Positions 1 to 10,135 of a stretch of 64,000 nt of DNA are shown piece after piece (positions within the stretch are counted from its first letter, which is position 1; each line of letters opens with the position of its first letter). The translations under genes were made by a program, and so were the position numbers. Origin of the DNA: an uncultured Verrucomicrobiae bacterium (lineage in GTDB: Bacteria; Verrucomicrobiota; Verrucomicrobiia; Palsa-1439); assembly GCA_963842185.1 (NCBI GenBank), contig CAWJFL010000022.1, positions 15,642 to 79,641 on the forward strand, given 5' to 3'. Under the pieces are notes generated by a model. The model made no database searches, had not been told where the DNA came from, and saw only the letters and a list, made by a program, of their open reading frames with translations.

Positions 1-430
1 GTTGCCTTGCCTGCCACAATGCGAGGCCGAGATTATAGTGCGCGCTGGCGTACTCGGGCCAAATCCGCAGCGCTTGTTCGTACTGCTGGATCGCCTCCGG
101 CAGCTTCCCCTGCTGCAGCAACGCATTTCCGAGATTGTAGTGCGCCTCGGCGAAATCCGGACGAATCTGCAGCGCCTGCCCGTACTGCTGGATCGCCTCG
201 GGCACCTTCCCCAATTGCACGAGAGCCATGCCCAAATTGTTATGCGCCTGGGCATAATTGGCGTCGATCTCCAACGCCCGCTCGAAATGCTTCACCGCCT
301 CGGGCGCGTTCCCCAATCCCTCCAGGGCGATTCCCAAATCATTCTGACCGTCGGGATCATCGGGATTGATCCGCAGCGCCTGTTCGCAATGGTCGCGGGC
401 TTCCGCCAGATCGCCCTGGTAAATCAAAAT
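1..430 (-). repeat. 102-bp periodic DNA repeat encoding 34-aa TPR units
   Basis: cgtactgctggatcgcctc occurs at 79 and 181 (spacing 102 bp = 34 codons). Confidence 0.8.
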
Positions 431-1687
431 CTTCGCGAGGTTGTCGTGGGCCATCCAGCAACCGGGATTCTTGGCGAGTGTGTCGCGCCACAGCGCTCCC
501 TCATTCTGAAAGGCGGCGCAATGTCGCCAGCTCAAAGCGACCAGAATGGCAGCCGCACCCACACCCAACACGACCCGCGGGCCGCGTTCGCGCACAAGGC
601 GTCCAACCACCGCGACCGCCAGCGCGATGATGCCGATGCTGGCCAGATACTGAAAATGGTCGGCCACAAACGAGTACCGAAAGAAATACACATTCAAGAA
701 TCCCATCACCGGCAAGAGCGCCACGACGAAATACCCCGTCCCGAACAATCCCACCCGCGCCCAAGGCTGTCGGCGACACATCCACAGCAGCGCGCCCACG
801 GCGATCACGCCCGCCAGCGGCAGCCAGACCAAAACCGAGCCCGCCGACACGTCCCAACGCGGATACACGAACATGAGTTTCGCCGGCCACAGCACATGCG
901 CCGCATAAAACCACACCGTCTTTCCTGCGATGATCAGTCGCTCCGCCGGGGCTAACTGCCATCCCGCTTTCCCCGCCCGTTGCACCCAACGGTGTTGCTC
1001 GACGACTGTCATCGCCGATATTCCCAACGCCAAAGCAAAGAACGGGGCGATCCGGAGGAAATCGTCGCGCCGCCAACGTCCGCGTTCCCACCACGCGCAC
1101 AATAACAAGACCAGCGGCAACACCACGGTGGACGGTTTGCTGAGCATGGCCGCCGCGCCGAGTGCAAATGCGAGCGCGTACGAAGTGCGTTTGTTGTCGG
1201 TCTCGGACCTCAGAAAGCACAGCACGGACAGGAAGAAGAAGAAACCAGATTGGATGTTTTTCAATTCTGTCGCCCACGCCACCGATTCGACGCACACGGG
1301 ATGCACCGCCCACAGCGCCGCGGCAAACCACGCGCCCCGGACCTGTAAGCGCCGCAGTAGCATCCACAACAGCACCGCATTGGCCGCCTGCAACGCGATG
1401 TTCACCGCGTGATACGGCAGCGGATGCAGCCCCCACAGGCGGCGTTCCACCCAGAAGGTGGTGAGCGTGAGCGGGTAGTACCGCGACACGGCCAGCGATG
1501 ACCAGATTTGTGTCAGTCCGTGCACCGAGCTCATCGCGGGATTTTGGGTGAAATGGTCGTCATCATCCCAAATAAACCCGCACCGAAGGGCCGGCGCGTA
1601 CGTGATGAATGTGAGAATCACCAATACGATGGCCAGGTGCGGCAAATTGTTCGCCGCGCGCGCTGGTTTCGTGTCGGTGGTCTCCAT
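1..1687 (-). CDS. TMTC-like membrane glycosyltransferase with C-terminal TPR repeats (3' end runs off the window)
   Basis: Manual translation from ATG 1687: METTDTKPAR...GFIWDDDDHF...YYPLTLTTFW...HPVCVESVAWATELKN...LSKPSTVVLP, multiple TM helices. The frame stays open to base 1 and ends in TPR units (EAIQQYEQALRI.P.YA.AHYNLG). Absent from the ORF track because there is no stop. Confidence 0.85.
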   Translation of the reverse strand, partial: METTDTKPARAANNLPHLAIVLVILTFITYAPALRCGFIWDDDDHFTQNPAMSSVHGLTQIWSSLAVSRYYPLTLTTFWVERRLWGLHPLPYHAVNIALQAANAVLLWMLLRRLQVRGAWFAAALWAVHPVCVESVAWATELKNIQSGFFFFLSVLCFLRSETDNKRTSYALAFALGAAAMLSKPSTVVLPLVLLLCAWWERGRWRRDDFLRIAPFFALALGISAMTVVEQHRWVQRAGKAGWQLAPAERLIIAGKTVWFYAAHVLWPAKLMFVYPRWDVSAGSVLVWLPLAGVIAVGALLWMCRRQPWARVGLFGTGYFVVALLPVMGFLNVYFFRYSFVADHFQYLASIGIIALAVAVVGRLVRERGPRVVLGVGAAAILVALSWRHCAAFQNEGALWRDTLAKNPGCWMAHDNLAKILIYQGDLAEARDHCEQALRINPDDPDGQNDLGIALEGLGNAPEAVKHFERALEIDANYAQAHNNLGMALVQLGKVPEAIQQYGQALQIRPDFAEAHYNLGNALLQQGKLPEAIQQYEQALRIWPEYASAHYNLGLALWQARQ

Positions 1688-1785
1688 CTGTCTTTCGGTG
1701 TCCTTCAACGGATTGACTCTATCCGTCCGTTATCGACCTGACAAGATCGCCACAAAATTGACGTGAATGGGCGAATCCGTCGCCA

Positions 1786-2930
1786 CTACTGGTTGACGTG
1801 CACGACCTTCGCCGGCGGGAAACCGTTGAAGTAGGTCGAGGAGGCCTGGCTGTAGGCGCCGATGTTTTCGCTGTAGAGCAGGTCGCCGAGTTCGAGATCG
1901 CCGGGCAGATTCTCGGCCATCGAGATCACGTCCAGCGCGTCGCAGGTCGGGCCGAACACCGAGCAGATCTGCGTCGGGCCTCTCTTGAACGCCTTGAGGT
2001 GGTACTGGCAGTGGTCGAAGATGACGCCGGAGAAGGTGTGGTAGACGCCGTCGTTGATGTAGTAGCAGAGCTTGCCGTCGCGCACGGCCTTGCCGATGAT
2101 TTTCGAGACGGCGGTACCGGCGGTGGCCACCAGGAAGCGGCCCGGCTCGGCGAGGATCTGGATGTCCTTCGGGAAGAGCCGGTCGAGCTCGCGGTTGATG
2201 ATCTTCGGCCAGCTCGCGGAAGGGCTTGACCGTCGCGTCGTACGGCGCGGGGAAGCCGCCGCCGATGTCGAGCAGGTTCATCTTGGTGTAGCCGCGGTCA
2301 CGCGCCTCCTTGAAGATGTTCGCGGCCAGGTTGAGGGCCTGGACGTAGTTCTCGAAGTTCGTCGTCTGGCTGCCGACGTGGAAGCTCAGGCCCTCGACGG
2401 TCAGCCCCAGCTTGTCCGCCTCCAGGATCAGGTCGACCGCCTCGCCCGGGCGCCGCGCCGAACTTTGAGGAAAGCTCGACCATCGCGCCCGTGTTCGGCA
2501 CCTTGAGGCGCAGCGCCAGCCCGGCCTGCGGGGCGTACTTCTTGATCTTCTGGATCTCCTCGGAGTTGTCGAACGTCACCAGCGGCTTGTACTGGTCCAG
2601 CTCCTGCAGGGTTTCGTTGGCCTTGATCGGGTTGGCGTAGATGATCTTGTCCCAGATCCAGTCCTGCCGCTCCTTGGCCGGCATGTCCTTGATGTTCTCA
2701 TAGACGATCATGAACTCCGGCATCGAGGCCACGTCGAAGCTCGCACCCGCCTCGTAGAGCGTGTGGACGATGGCCGGATCGGGGTTGGCCTTGACGGCGT
2801 AGTAGGCCTGGACGCGCGGCAGATATTTCTTGAACGTGGCGTAGTTGCGCCGCAACTCGTCGTGGTCGACGACGAACAGCGGCGTGCCGTGTTTCGCTGC
2901 CAGTTTTTTCAACGTGCTTGGCGAAACCAT
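1786..2930 (-). CDS. Type III PLP-dependent ornithine/lysine decarboxylase, with two +1 frameshifts (~2446, ~2207) in the assembly
   Basis: YAVKANP PLP-lysine motif, SKFG, SFHVGSQ, DIGGGF, EPGR and C-terminal GPTCDALD, spread over three frames (ORFs 2298..2930 and 1786..2130 plus the bridging frame). Confidence 0.88.
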
Positions 2931-2931
2931 C

Positions 2932-4394
2932 TTAATCTCCGTCCGTGACGAGAAAGTTCTTGAACTGCCACGGATCGTCCCAGGTCAACGTCCGGCTTGT
3001 TGTAGCCCTTGAAGGCGTTCGTGTAGTGCTTCAACGGCGTCCAGTCCGACGGCTTGGAGATCCACTTGCCCAGGTACGGCTTGGAGATCTTCAGGATGTA
3101 CTCGTGCGGCAGGTCGTCCGGCACGCAGCACGCCCTTGGCCGGATTCTCGATCATCCACATCACCGCGGCGACGACGGAGATGGCCACCTGCATGGTCGT
3201 GGCGTTCTGGTGCGGCACCAGCCGGCGCGATTCCTCGATGCTAAGGTCGCTGCCGATCCACCAGGAGTTGTAGGCGTGGCCCATCAGCAGCGCGCCGAGG
3301 ATGTCCGCGCCGCTGGTGATCTCGTCGTTCATGATCCGCTGCTTCGTCTGCAGCCGGTAATTGTAGCCGCGCAGCTCGTTCAGCGAGGCGATGGCCACGT
3401 CGCACGGGCAGTAGGCGTAGTGGACCGTCGGCCGATAGATCGCCTTGCCGTCCTCCCAGACCGTCAGCCGGTCGGAAATCGTGAACGCCTCGCCGTGGCG
3501 CACGACCATGCCGTGGATGCAGTAGTTGGGCACCCAGGACGAGACCCAGGTGTTGATGCCCATGCGGGCGAGGCAGATCTGGTTGCGCGGGCCGTCCGCG
3601 TGCTCGTAGGCGAGCGCCGGCAGTTCCTTTTCGTGCGTGCCCCAGCCCATCTCCGCGGTCGTCGTGCCTTCCTCGCGGAAGCCCTCGACGCTCCAGGTGT
3701 TGACGAACTCGTCCACCTGCTTCGGCTGGTCGGTGATCTGCGTGTCGCGCTCGCTGCAATGGATCACCTTCACGCCGAGCTTCATCGCCAGCCGATTGAA
3801 CTGCGCGATCCTCGGTGAACTGCCGGATTTCCTCGGCGTCCGGCCGTTGACCTTCTTGTCCGCGATGAGCGCGCCGGCCGATGTCAATCAGCCCCTGCTT
3901 GGTGAAATGCGAGATGAGGCCCGGATTCGCGCCGTGCTCCAGCACCGCGGTCGGGCCCGGCTTGCTCCAGTTGCGCAATCAGGCGGCGGATGTTCATGTG
4001 CCGCCAGTAGAGCGTGCGCTCGGTCGGGTGCTGGTTGTCCACCCCGGCGTACGGGTCCCAGACCTCGACCGAGGTGTTGACGTAGAGCACGCCGTTGTCG
4101 TGGCACCACTGGAGGATTTCGCAGGCGTCAATGTTCCACGCCAGGTCAATCAGGACGTCACCGGCACGGAGATACTTGCCCAGCAGCGCTGCCGAGGTTG
4201 TCACGCGTGACGCGTTTGCGCACGAACCGCACGCCCCGCTTCAACCAGGGCTGCAACACTTCACGCCGATCCTCGAAATCCATGACCGTGATGTTCTTGT
4301 ACGGCGCGTCCAGATGTTTCACCAGGATTGGCAGCGTGCATTGCGCCACCGCGCCATAACCGACAAAGAGAATTCGATTCCTGAATTGGATCAT
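2932..4394 (-). CDS. hss: Homospermidine synthase (saccharopine dehydrogenase-like), split by at least five single-base frameshifts
   Basis: ILFVGYGAVAQ NAD-binding start, DLAWNID, YVNTSVEVW, EHGANPGLISHF, HCSERDTQ, TWSVEGFREEG, HGEAFTIS, NATTMQVA and DDPWQF end, across ORFs 4158..4454, 3884..4204, 3241..3978, 2985..3887, 2909..3124. GGAGAA RBS upstream of ATG 4394. Confidence 0.88.
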
Positions 4395-4668
4395 TTTTCT
4401 TTCTCCAAAAAACTCGAGCCGCCGCACTCTGTCTGAAACAGCGGTGTGTGACAAGTGTTTTTCTCGGTTCGGGGTTCAGCGCGTTGACCTTGCCGATGTC
4501 AATGGGACGGTTTGCTCCATGACTTTCGACCTATTCAAATCAGGCCGTTGGGGTCTGTCTGTCCGTTCGCCTCGAGAGATACAGTGGGCGCGTTCGCTGA
4601 GAACCAGCTACAGGGCTGGCGACCAGCAAGCGAAACAGGAAAGACAAAAACTCAGAGGAAGGAACACT

Positions 4669-5514
4669 ATGAGCAAACTGACATGGGTATTGGTCGGCAT
4701 CGGCTTGGTAGCAATCGCCGCCATTGCGATAGTCAAACGACAAAACAGTCTGCCCTTGCTTCCGGTGGATGTTAGGGTTCAATCTGCGGAAATACCGGCT
4801 CCGATTGCGAACCCGCCTCCGAGTACTCCGTCTGCGAGTGTCAGCGCACCTGAGCCGGTCCGGGAGGATTACGGCGGGACGGAACAGGCCGGCGAACCGG
4901 CGACAGCACCTGCCCCCACTGCCGTCCCGGCTACGTCGGTGGCCAAACCATCCATCGCGGCGACCTTCAGCCAACCGCTGCAAACTCTCGTCTCGCCCCA
5001 GTCGAGCTTCGCGCAGAAGCAGGCGGCGTGGAAACAACTCCACGACACCGGCCAGTTGGATCAAGCGATTGCCCAACTGCAACAAGCCGTCAAGGATGAG
5101 CCGTCGGTGGCCGAGTATTCCGCCGCGTTGGGTCAGGCCTATCTCCAGAAGCTGGGGACAACCCAAGACATTCGCCAGCAAAGCATCCTCGCCATGGAAG
5201 CCGACCAAACGTTTGACCAGGCATTGACGCTCGACTCCGACAACTGGGACGCGCGCTTCTGGAAAGCCTCCGCCCTGACGCACTGGCCGGCCGACTTGAA
5301 CAAGTCACAAGAGATCATGGAGAATCTCTCCACGCTGATCGATCAACAGGAGACTCGGGCGCCGCAGCCGGAATATGCCCAGTCCTACGTGTTGCTGGGC
5401 GAGCAATATCAAAAGGCGGGCTACCCCGACAATGCCCAACAAATGTGGCAGCGCGGCGCGGCTTTGTACCCACAGAATGAGACGCTGCAGAACAAGTTGG
5501 CATCCTCTCGGTAA
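4669..5514 (+). CDS. Membrane-anchored TPR-like protein with Pro/Ala/Ser/Thr-rich linker
   Basis: N-terminal hydrophobic helix (LTWVLVGIGLVAIAAIAIV), PAST-rich linker, helical TPR-like C-terminus; GAGGAAGGA upstream of ATG 4669. Confidence 0.75.
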   Translation: MSKLTWVLVGIGLVAIAAIAIVKRQNSLPLLPVDVRVQSAEIPAPIANPPPSTPSASVSAPEPVREDYGGTEQAGEPATAPAPTAVPATSVAKPSIAATFSQPLQTLVSPQSSFAQKQAAWKQLHDTGQLDQAIAQLQQAVKDEPSVAEYSAALGQAYLQKLGTTQDIRQQSILAMEADQTFDQALTLDSDNWDARFWKASALTHWPADLNKSQEIMENLSTLIDQQETRAPQPEYAQSYVLLGEQYQKAGYPDNAQQMWQRGAALYPQNETLQNKLASSR

Positions 5515-5557
5515 TCGCCATGAAAGAAACGAACTTCAAGGAAGGTCATTTTCAGTT

Positions 5558-6787
5558 ATGATTCAACCAATGAATCCAGATGCAAGCGCTCCAACGCCCG
5601 AGGTGAAACGTCTCCTGGCAGGACCACAGATCGCGCTTCATATCATGACGCTGGGACTGCTGGCCTACTTTCTCGGTCAGAGCCTTTACAATAATTGGCC
5701 GAACTGCGATCGCCGCGAACTGCTGCTGGTTATCCTGGCGGCCATTCAGACGGGGCTCTATCTGAAACGGTGGGTTTTCACCCCGCTGGATGCTTCACCC
5801 CGATGTTGGCACATCTATTTTGTCGGCAGCTTGGCCTGTTGCGTTCCCGAGTCGCTGATCGCCCCGTATTTCTCATGGCTGGCCGGGCTCTACGTGGGGC
5901 AAATGTGCGCCATCCTCACGCCGAGCTTTTCCGTTCCGTCTTCGATCCTCGCGCTAACAATCATCGAGTTCGCCGCCTTCGGCCGCGCCCAACTCGCGAG
6001 CCGGTCTGTCGGCGAGTGGGTCTTCCGCGTCGCCGTGTTCGCCTCCTGGATGGTGATGGGCTTGTTCATCAAGCGGATTGACGACATCAGCAAAGGGCGT
6101 GCGGAGCTGATTCGCGAACTCGAAGCGGCAAAACGCGAGCTCGTATTGGCCCGTGACCGGGAAATCGAACTCGCCACACTCCGCGAGCGTGAACGTCTGG
6201 CCCGGGACCTTCACGATAACCTCGGCCACTCGCTCGTCACGTTGACCGTGCAATTGGAAGCCGTCCAGAGGTTGTTGCCCGTGGATCTCGACCGCGCGGG
6301 GCCGTTGTTGGAGGAAATGAAAGCGTTGTCCCGCTCCAGCACGGAGGCCTTGCGCCGGTCGCTGGCCAACCTGCGCGCCTCCGGCTTGGGCGATAAGTCG
6401 CTGACTCAGGCCGTGCAATCGTTGTGCGCCGATGTGGGCCGTCGCACCAGCGTGAAAATCGATTGCCAGATTGCCGCCGGCGCAGATGGCTTGCCGCCCG
6501 CCGTGGCCGAAGCTCTCTGGCACGTCGCACAGGAGGGATTGACGAACGTGGAAAAACATGCGCAAGCTCAACATGTTGCCGTCAGCCTGAGTTTGCAGCC
6601 CCAGTTGGCTGTTCTACGCGTCAGCGATGATGGCGTCGGTCTTACGCCGGATGCCGAGAGCAAGCCCGGTCACTATGGCCTGCGCGGTTTGCGGGAGCGC
6701 GTCGAAGGCGTCGGCGGGACGTTCCTGGTGACAGCTACAGGGCCGAAGGGAGCCCTCATTGAGGCGCGCGTGCGATTGATCGCTTGA
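5558..6787 (+). CDS. Membrane sensor histidine kinase, HisKA_3 (DesK/NarX-like)
   Basis: ERERLARDLHDNLGH H-box, QEGLTNVEKHA N-box, VSDDGVG, GHYGLRGLRER. Confidence 0.92.
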   Translation: MIQPMNPDASAPTPEVKRLLAGPQIALHIMTLGLLAYFLGQSLYNNWPNCDRRELLLVILAAIQTGLYLKRWVFTPLDASPRCWHIYFVGSLACCVPESLIAPYFSWLAGLYVGQMCAILTPSFSVPSSILALTIIEFAAFGRAQLASRSVGEWVFRVAVFASWMVMGLFIKRIDDISKGRAELIRELEAAKRELVLARDREIELATLRERERLARDLHDNLGHSLVTLTVQLEAVQRLLPVDLDRAGPLLEEMKALSRSSTEALRRSLANLRASGLGDKSLTQAVQSLCADVGRRTSVKIDCQIAAGADGLPPAVAEALWHVAQEGLTNVEKHAQAQHVAVSLSLQPQLAVLRVSDDGVGLTPDAESKPGHYGLRGLRERVEGVGGTFLVTATGPKGALIEARVRLIA

Positions 6788-7420
6788 ATGAAACCGATCC
6801 GGATTCTTCTGGCCGAAGACCAGACGCTCATGCGTCAGGGGTTGAAAACCATCCTGGATCTGGAATCTGGTTTTCGGGTTGTGGGCGAAGCGGGTGACGG
6901 CACGACCGCCGTCAAACTTGCCTTGGAACTGCGCCCCGACATCATTCTCATGGACGTCCAGATGCCGGTGCAGAACGGCGTGGAAGCTACCGCCGCCATC
7001 TGCCAAGCCTGGCCGGAAGCCAAAATTATCATCCTCACCACATTCGACCGCGACGACTATGTCTTCGCGGGCATACGAGCCGGAGCGGTCGGGTATCTCC
7101 TCAAAGACATGCCGGCGCGGAAGTTGGTCGAAACCATCCGCGCCGTGCAATCTGGTGAAGTGTTCATCCAACCCGAGATCGCCTCACGAGCGCTCCGCGC
7201 CACGCTGCATCCCACCGATGGATTGATCGAACCGCTTTCCGACCGCGAACGTGAGGTGTTGGTCATGTTGGCCCAGGGAATTGCCAACAAGGAGATCGCT
7301 GATAAACTGCACATCGCCGAAGGCACGGTGAAGAATCACGTCTCGAACATCCTCGGCAAGCTCCAGGCTCAAAACCGCACCCAGGCCGCCGACATCGCTC
7401 GAAAACGAGGGTTGATCTGA
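6788..7420 (+). CDS. NarL/LuxR-family response regulator
   Basis: REC domain (LAEDQ, LMDVQMP, LTTFD, YLLK) plus LSDREREVL...NKEIADKLHIAEGTVKNHVSNILGKL HTH. Confidence 0.95.
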   Translation: MKPIRILLAEDQTLMRQGLKTILDLESGFRVVGEAGDGTTAVKLALELRPDIILMDVQMPVQNGVEATAAICQAWPEAKIIILTTFDRDDYVFAGIRAGAVGYLLKDMPARKLVETIRAVQSGEVFIQPEIASRALRATLHPTDGLIEPLSDREREVLVMLAQGIANKEIADKLHIAEGTVKNHVSNILGKLQAQNRTQAADIARKRGLI

Positions 7421-7441
7421 CCCAGCCTGTAACCACCTGAA

Positions 7442-8491
7442 TTACGCAGACGTTCCAGCCGCCCTCCCCCGCAAACTCTTGTATCGCCCGGTCAACGCCC
7501 GGTCATTTCGGCTCGTGAGAAACGATCGCATCATGACGCCGTAGACTTCGCCTCGTGAAATCTTCACGCGCCGCATTGGATCGAGCGGGTTCTCGACTCG
7601 CAACCGCGCAACCGTCATCAACCCAATCCAAATCGGCCAGATACATGCAAGGCGCAGTCGGGTCTCCGAACGGGGAATCTTCATCGTGTATTGCCAGCCG
7701 GCGTCGAGGTGGTCGACGGCTGTGTCGAGCCAGCGGGCATACACGTCACGAATCGCCTCAAACCTCTTCGGGTCGAGCAATGCGCGCGGCTCCTTCACCG
7801 GCAAATAGCATCGACCGATCCGCAGGTCCTTCGGGATATCGCGCAACACATTAACAAGTTGCAGACCTTTGCCGAAGCGCACGCCCAATTTACACATCTC
7901 GTCCACGTTCCAGTCACGGAGTGCGGGCAGATGCGCCACGCACATCTTGGTCCAGAACTCACCCACGCAGCCCGCCACCATATACGTGTAGCGGTTCAGT
8001 TCCTCGTCGCTCGACAACGCGACCAACTCGTTCTCCGTCTCGCCGGGAAACTGCTGCAAATCAAAAATCTGGCCGCCCACGATAATCTTCAACAGCTCCT
8101 GGATGCGGCGGCCATCGGCTTCGTCAAACCGCCCCAGCGCAATCACGCAGTCTTCCAGCCGCTCCAACAATTGTTTCTCGGCAGATGACGTCTGTTGCTC
8201 GGCAATCGCGCCCAGATCCGGCACGTGGGAGAGATTTTGGATCTGTTGCAGCGCGGCGATCCGTTTGGCGCGCGGAACCGCCTTCGTGTCGGCAATCGTG
8301 TCCGTCGCCCGCGCCAACAGGTACGCCAGCGAGATCTGCGGGCGAATCTCCCGCGGCAACACGCGGAGCGTCAGGTAAAACGAGCGAGATACGTCACGAA
8401 GCAGACGCCCAACCAGGAGACGCTGCTGATCTTCGGCCAGTGGCGGCAGGCACGGCTTTTGAGCCGTGATCTGGGAGGAGCCACTCTTCAT
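7442..8491 (-). CDS. Squalene/phytoene synthase family protein
   Basis: VSRSFYLTL, YLLARATDTIAD, YTYMVAGCVG, GKGLQLVNVLRD motifs; start at 8491 (MKSGSS) chosen over the longer ORF start. Confidence 0.88.
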   Translation of the reverse strand: MKSGSSQITAQKPCLPPLAEDQQRLLVGRLLRDVSRSFYLTLRVLPREIRPQISLAYLLARATDTIADTKAVPRAKRIAALQQIQNLSHVPDLGAIAEQQTSSAEKQLLERLEDCVIALGRFDEADGRRIQELLKIIVGGQIFDLQQFPGETENELVALSSDEELNRYTYMVAGCVGEFWTKMCVAHLPALRDWNVDEMCKLGVRFGKGLQLVNVLRDIPKDLRIGRCYLPVKEPRALLDPKRFEAIRDVYARWLDTAVDHLDAGWQYTMKIPRSETRLRLACIWPIWIGLMTVARLRVENPLDPMRRVKISRGEVYGVMMRSFLTSRNDRALTGRYKSLRGRAAGTSA

Positions 8492-8621
8492 CGGGGCACA
8501 CGATAAGCCCGCGGGACTCGCGCGGCAAGCCAACAAGACAACGGCGGAGATTGGAGACTCCGCAACAGGCTGACTGCGCTCCTCTCTTGCAGTTTCCGCC
8601 GGCCCGTCACATACTCGGCCC

Positions 8622-9344
8622 ATGTGGAAGCGAACCGTTGCCCAAATCCTGTACGCCTTGACCTTGGCGCTCGCCGTCAATCTCGCCCGCGCCGATTCCA
8701 CCAACACAGCATCCATCGCCCGCGACACCCGCTACCCGGCCCGCTGGTGGACGCCCGTGCCGACGAACGACGTGCCCACATGGGAAATTCTGCCGCAGGA
8801 AGCCGGTCCCGGCGAGGTCATCCTCTCCAAGCGCAACGAACTCGGACTGCTCTCCAATTTTGCGCCGACACCCTTCACGTTCCACGGCAAACGCTACGCC
8901 AGCCTCGAAGGTTTCTGGCAGATGATGAAGTATCCCGAGGGCCCTGACGATCCACGAGCGACGTTTCCGGGCCTGGTATGGAAGTTCACGCGTGAGCAGG
9001 TCGGACAACTCACCGCCTTCGACGCGAAGCACGCGGGCGATCTCGCCAACGAGAACATGAAAAAGATGGGCATCGACTGGATCACTTTCGAGGGCAAACG
9101 CATGGAGTACAGGCCCGCCACGCCCGGCGAACACTACAAGCTGATCGTCGAAGCCACTCGCGAGAAAGTTCGACAGAATCCCGAAGTGCAAAAGGTGCTA
9201 CTTGCCACCGGCGATCTCGTGTTGAAGCCCGATCACCACCAAGAGCCCGATTCTCCCGCCGCGTGGCATTACTTCGATATTCTGATGATGATCCGCACGG
9301 AATTACAACAGGCCGGCGCCAACTCCGCCGCTCAGTCCCGCTGA
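8622..9344 (+). CDS. NADAR (YbiA/DUF1768)-like protein with predicted signal peptide
   Basis: LSNFAPTPF..HGKRYASLEGFWQMMK and KVRQNPEVQKVLLATG NADAR motifs; N-terminal MWKRTVAQILYALTLALAVNLARA-D. Confidence 0.75.
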   Translation: MWKRTVAQILYALTLALAVNLARADSTNTASIARDTRYPARWWTPVPTNDVPTWEILPQEAGPGEVILSKRNELGLLSNFAPTPFTFHGKRYASLEGFWQMMKYPEGPDDPRATFPGLVWKFTREQVGQLTAFDAKHAGDLANENMKKMGIDWITFEGKRMEYRPATPGEHYKLIVEATREKVRQNPEVQKVLLATGDLVLKPDHHQEPDSPAAWHYFDILMMIRTELQQAGANSAAQSR

Positions 9345-9886
9345 TACGTTCCGACCAACTCCGTCTGCGCGAGAATGTGTCCCTTCATCGCCGCATCCAA
9401 TTGATGGCGCTTCACGCCCGGTGCGAGCTTCAATTCCGCATCAAGCGCATACAGCCGAAAATGATAATGATGCACCCCATGCCCGCGCGGCGGACACGGC
9501 CCCCCGTAGCCGACCCGCCCAAAATCGTTCATGCCCTGTTTCAGGCCGGCTAATGCGGCAACCGTATCAGTCTTGGCAACGTTTTCCGGCAGTTCCGTTG
9601 TGGTTGCGGGAATCGAATACGCCACCCAATGCACCCACGTCCCGCCGGGCGCATCGGGATCGTCCGCAATCAATGCGAAACTCTTCGTGCCCGCCGGCGC
9701 GCCTTCCCATTTCAACACCGGGGATGCATCCTCCCCCTCGCATGAGAACCTGACCGGCATGGGTTGATTGTTCCGAAAACTCGGACTGCTCAATGTGAAT
9801 TGTGCCACAGTTGCCTCCTTTCCTTCGGCATGTGCGAACGCACAGCCGCTCATCATGATCGCGATGACGAAAACGCTCCGTCTCAT
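9332..9886 (-). CDS. YbhB/YbcL (PEBP) family protein with signal peptide
   Basis: DDPDAPGGTWVHW, GYGGPCPP, HHYHFRLYALD. Confidence 0.92.
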   Translation of the reverse strand: MRRSVFVIAIMMSGCAFAHAEGKEATVAQFTLSSPSFRNNQPMPVRFSCEGEDASPVLKWEGAPAGTKSFALIADDPDAPGGTWVHWVAYSIPATTTELPENVAKTDTVAALAGLKQGMNDFGRVGYGGPCPPRGHGVHHYHFRLYALDAELKLAPGVKRHQLDAAMKGHILAQTELVGTYQRD

Positions 9887-9942
9887 TGCGTTTGAATCTC
9901 CCACCCATACTGCCCCGAAGCCCCGTCCTGTGCAAGTTCTGC

Positions 9943-9970
9943 TTGCAAATCGCCCGCCGGCGTGTATATT
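9943..9970 (+). promoter_or_regulatory. Sigma70-like promoter of the metH leader
   Basis: TTGCAA-N16-TATATT ending 8 nt before the riboswitch P1. Confidence 0.6.
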
Positions 9971-9978
9971 CACGCCCA

Positions 9979-10106
9979 GCATCAGGAGTGTCCCGAAGAA
10001 TTTCGGGGCTGCCAACCGAGGCCGGAGCGCCTACGGTGGCTTGAACCGAGCGAGTAACTTGGTTCGATGTGCGAGCGGCAAATGTCTGCTCGAACAATCC
10101 GCTCCG
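9979..10106 (+). ncRNA. SAM-I/IV riboswitch aptamer upstream of metH
   Basis: P1 GCATC(9979-83)/GATGT(10066-70); AGGAG junction; P2 9990-10009; P3 GCCAACC...GGTGGC with the AA/U SAM-binding loop (10011-10040); P4 10043-10065; P5 10072-10092; pseudoknot of L3 CGGAGCG(10023-29) with CGCTCCG(10100-06). Confidence 0.85.
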
Positions 10107-10111
10107 CGTTG

Positions 10112-10135
10112 ACCCCGAATGCTTTCGGGGCAGGC
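10112..10135 (+). repeat. REP-like hairpin ACCCCGAA-TGCT-TTCGGGG-CAGGC
   Basis: 7-bp perfect stem; related copies at 24845-24871 and 25010-25033. Confidence 0.6.

Noticed and set aside
2-955. Long plus-strand ORF with repetitive LDRL motifs
   Set aside because: Antisense shadow of the TPR-encoding minus-strand gene
10020-10106. tRNA-like cloverleaf or novel riboswitch
   Set aside because: Fully explained as the P3-P5 and PK2 elements of a SAM-I/IV aptamer; no T-arm or CCA end
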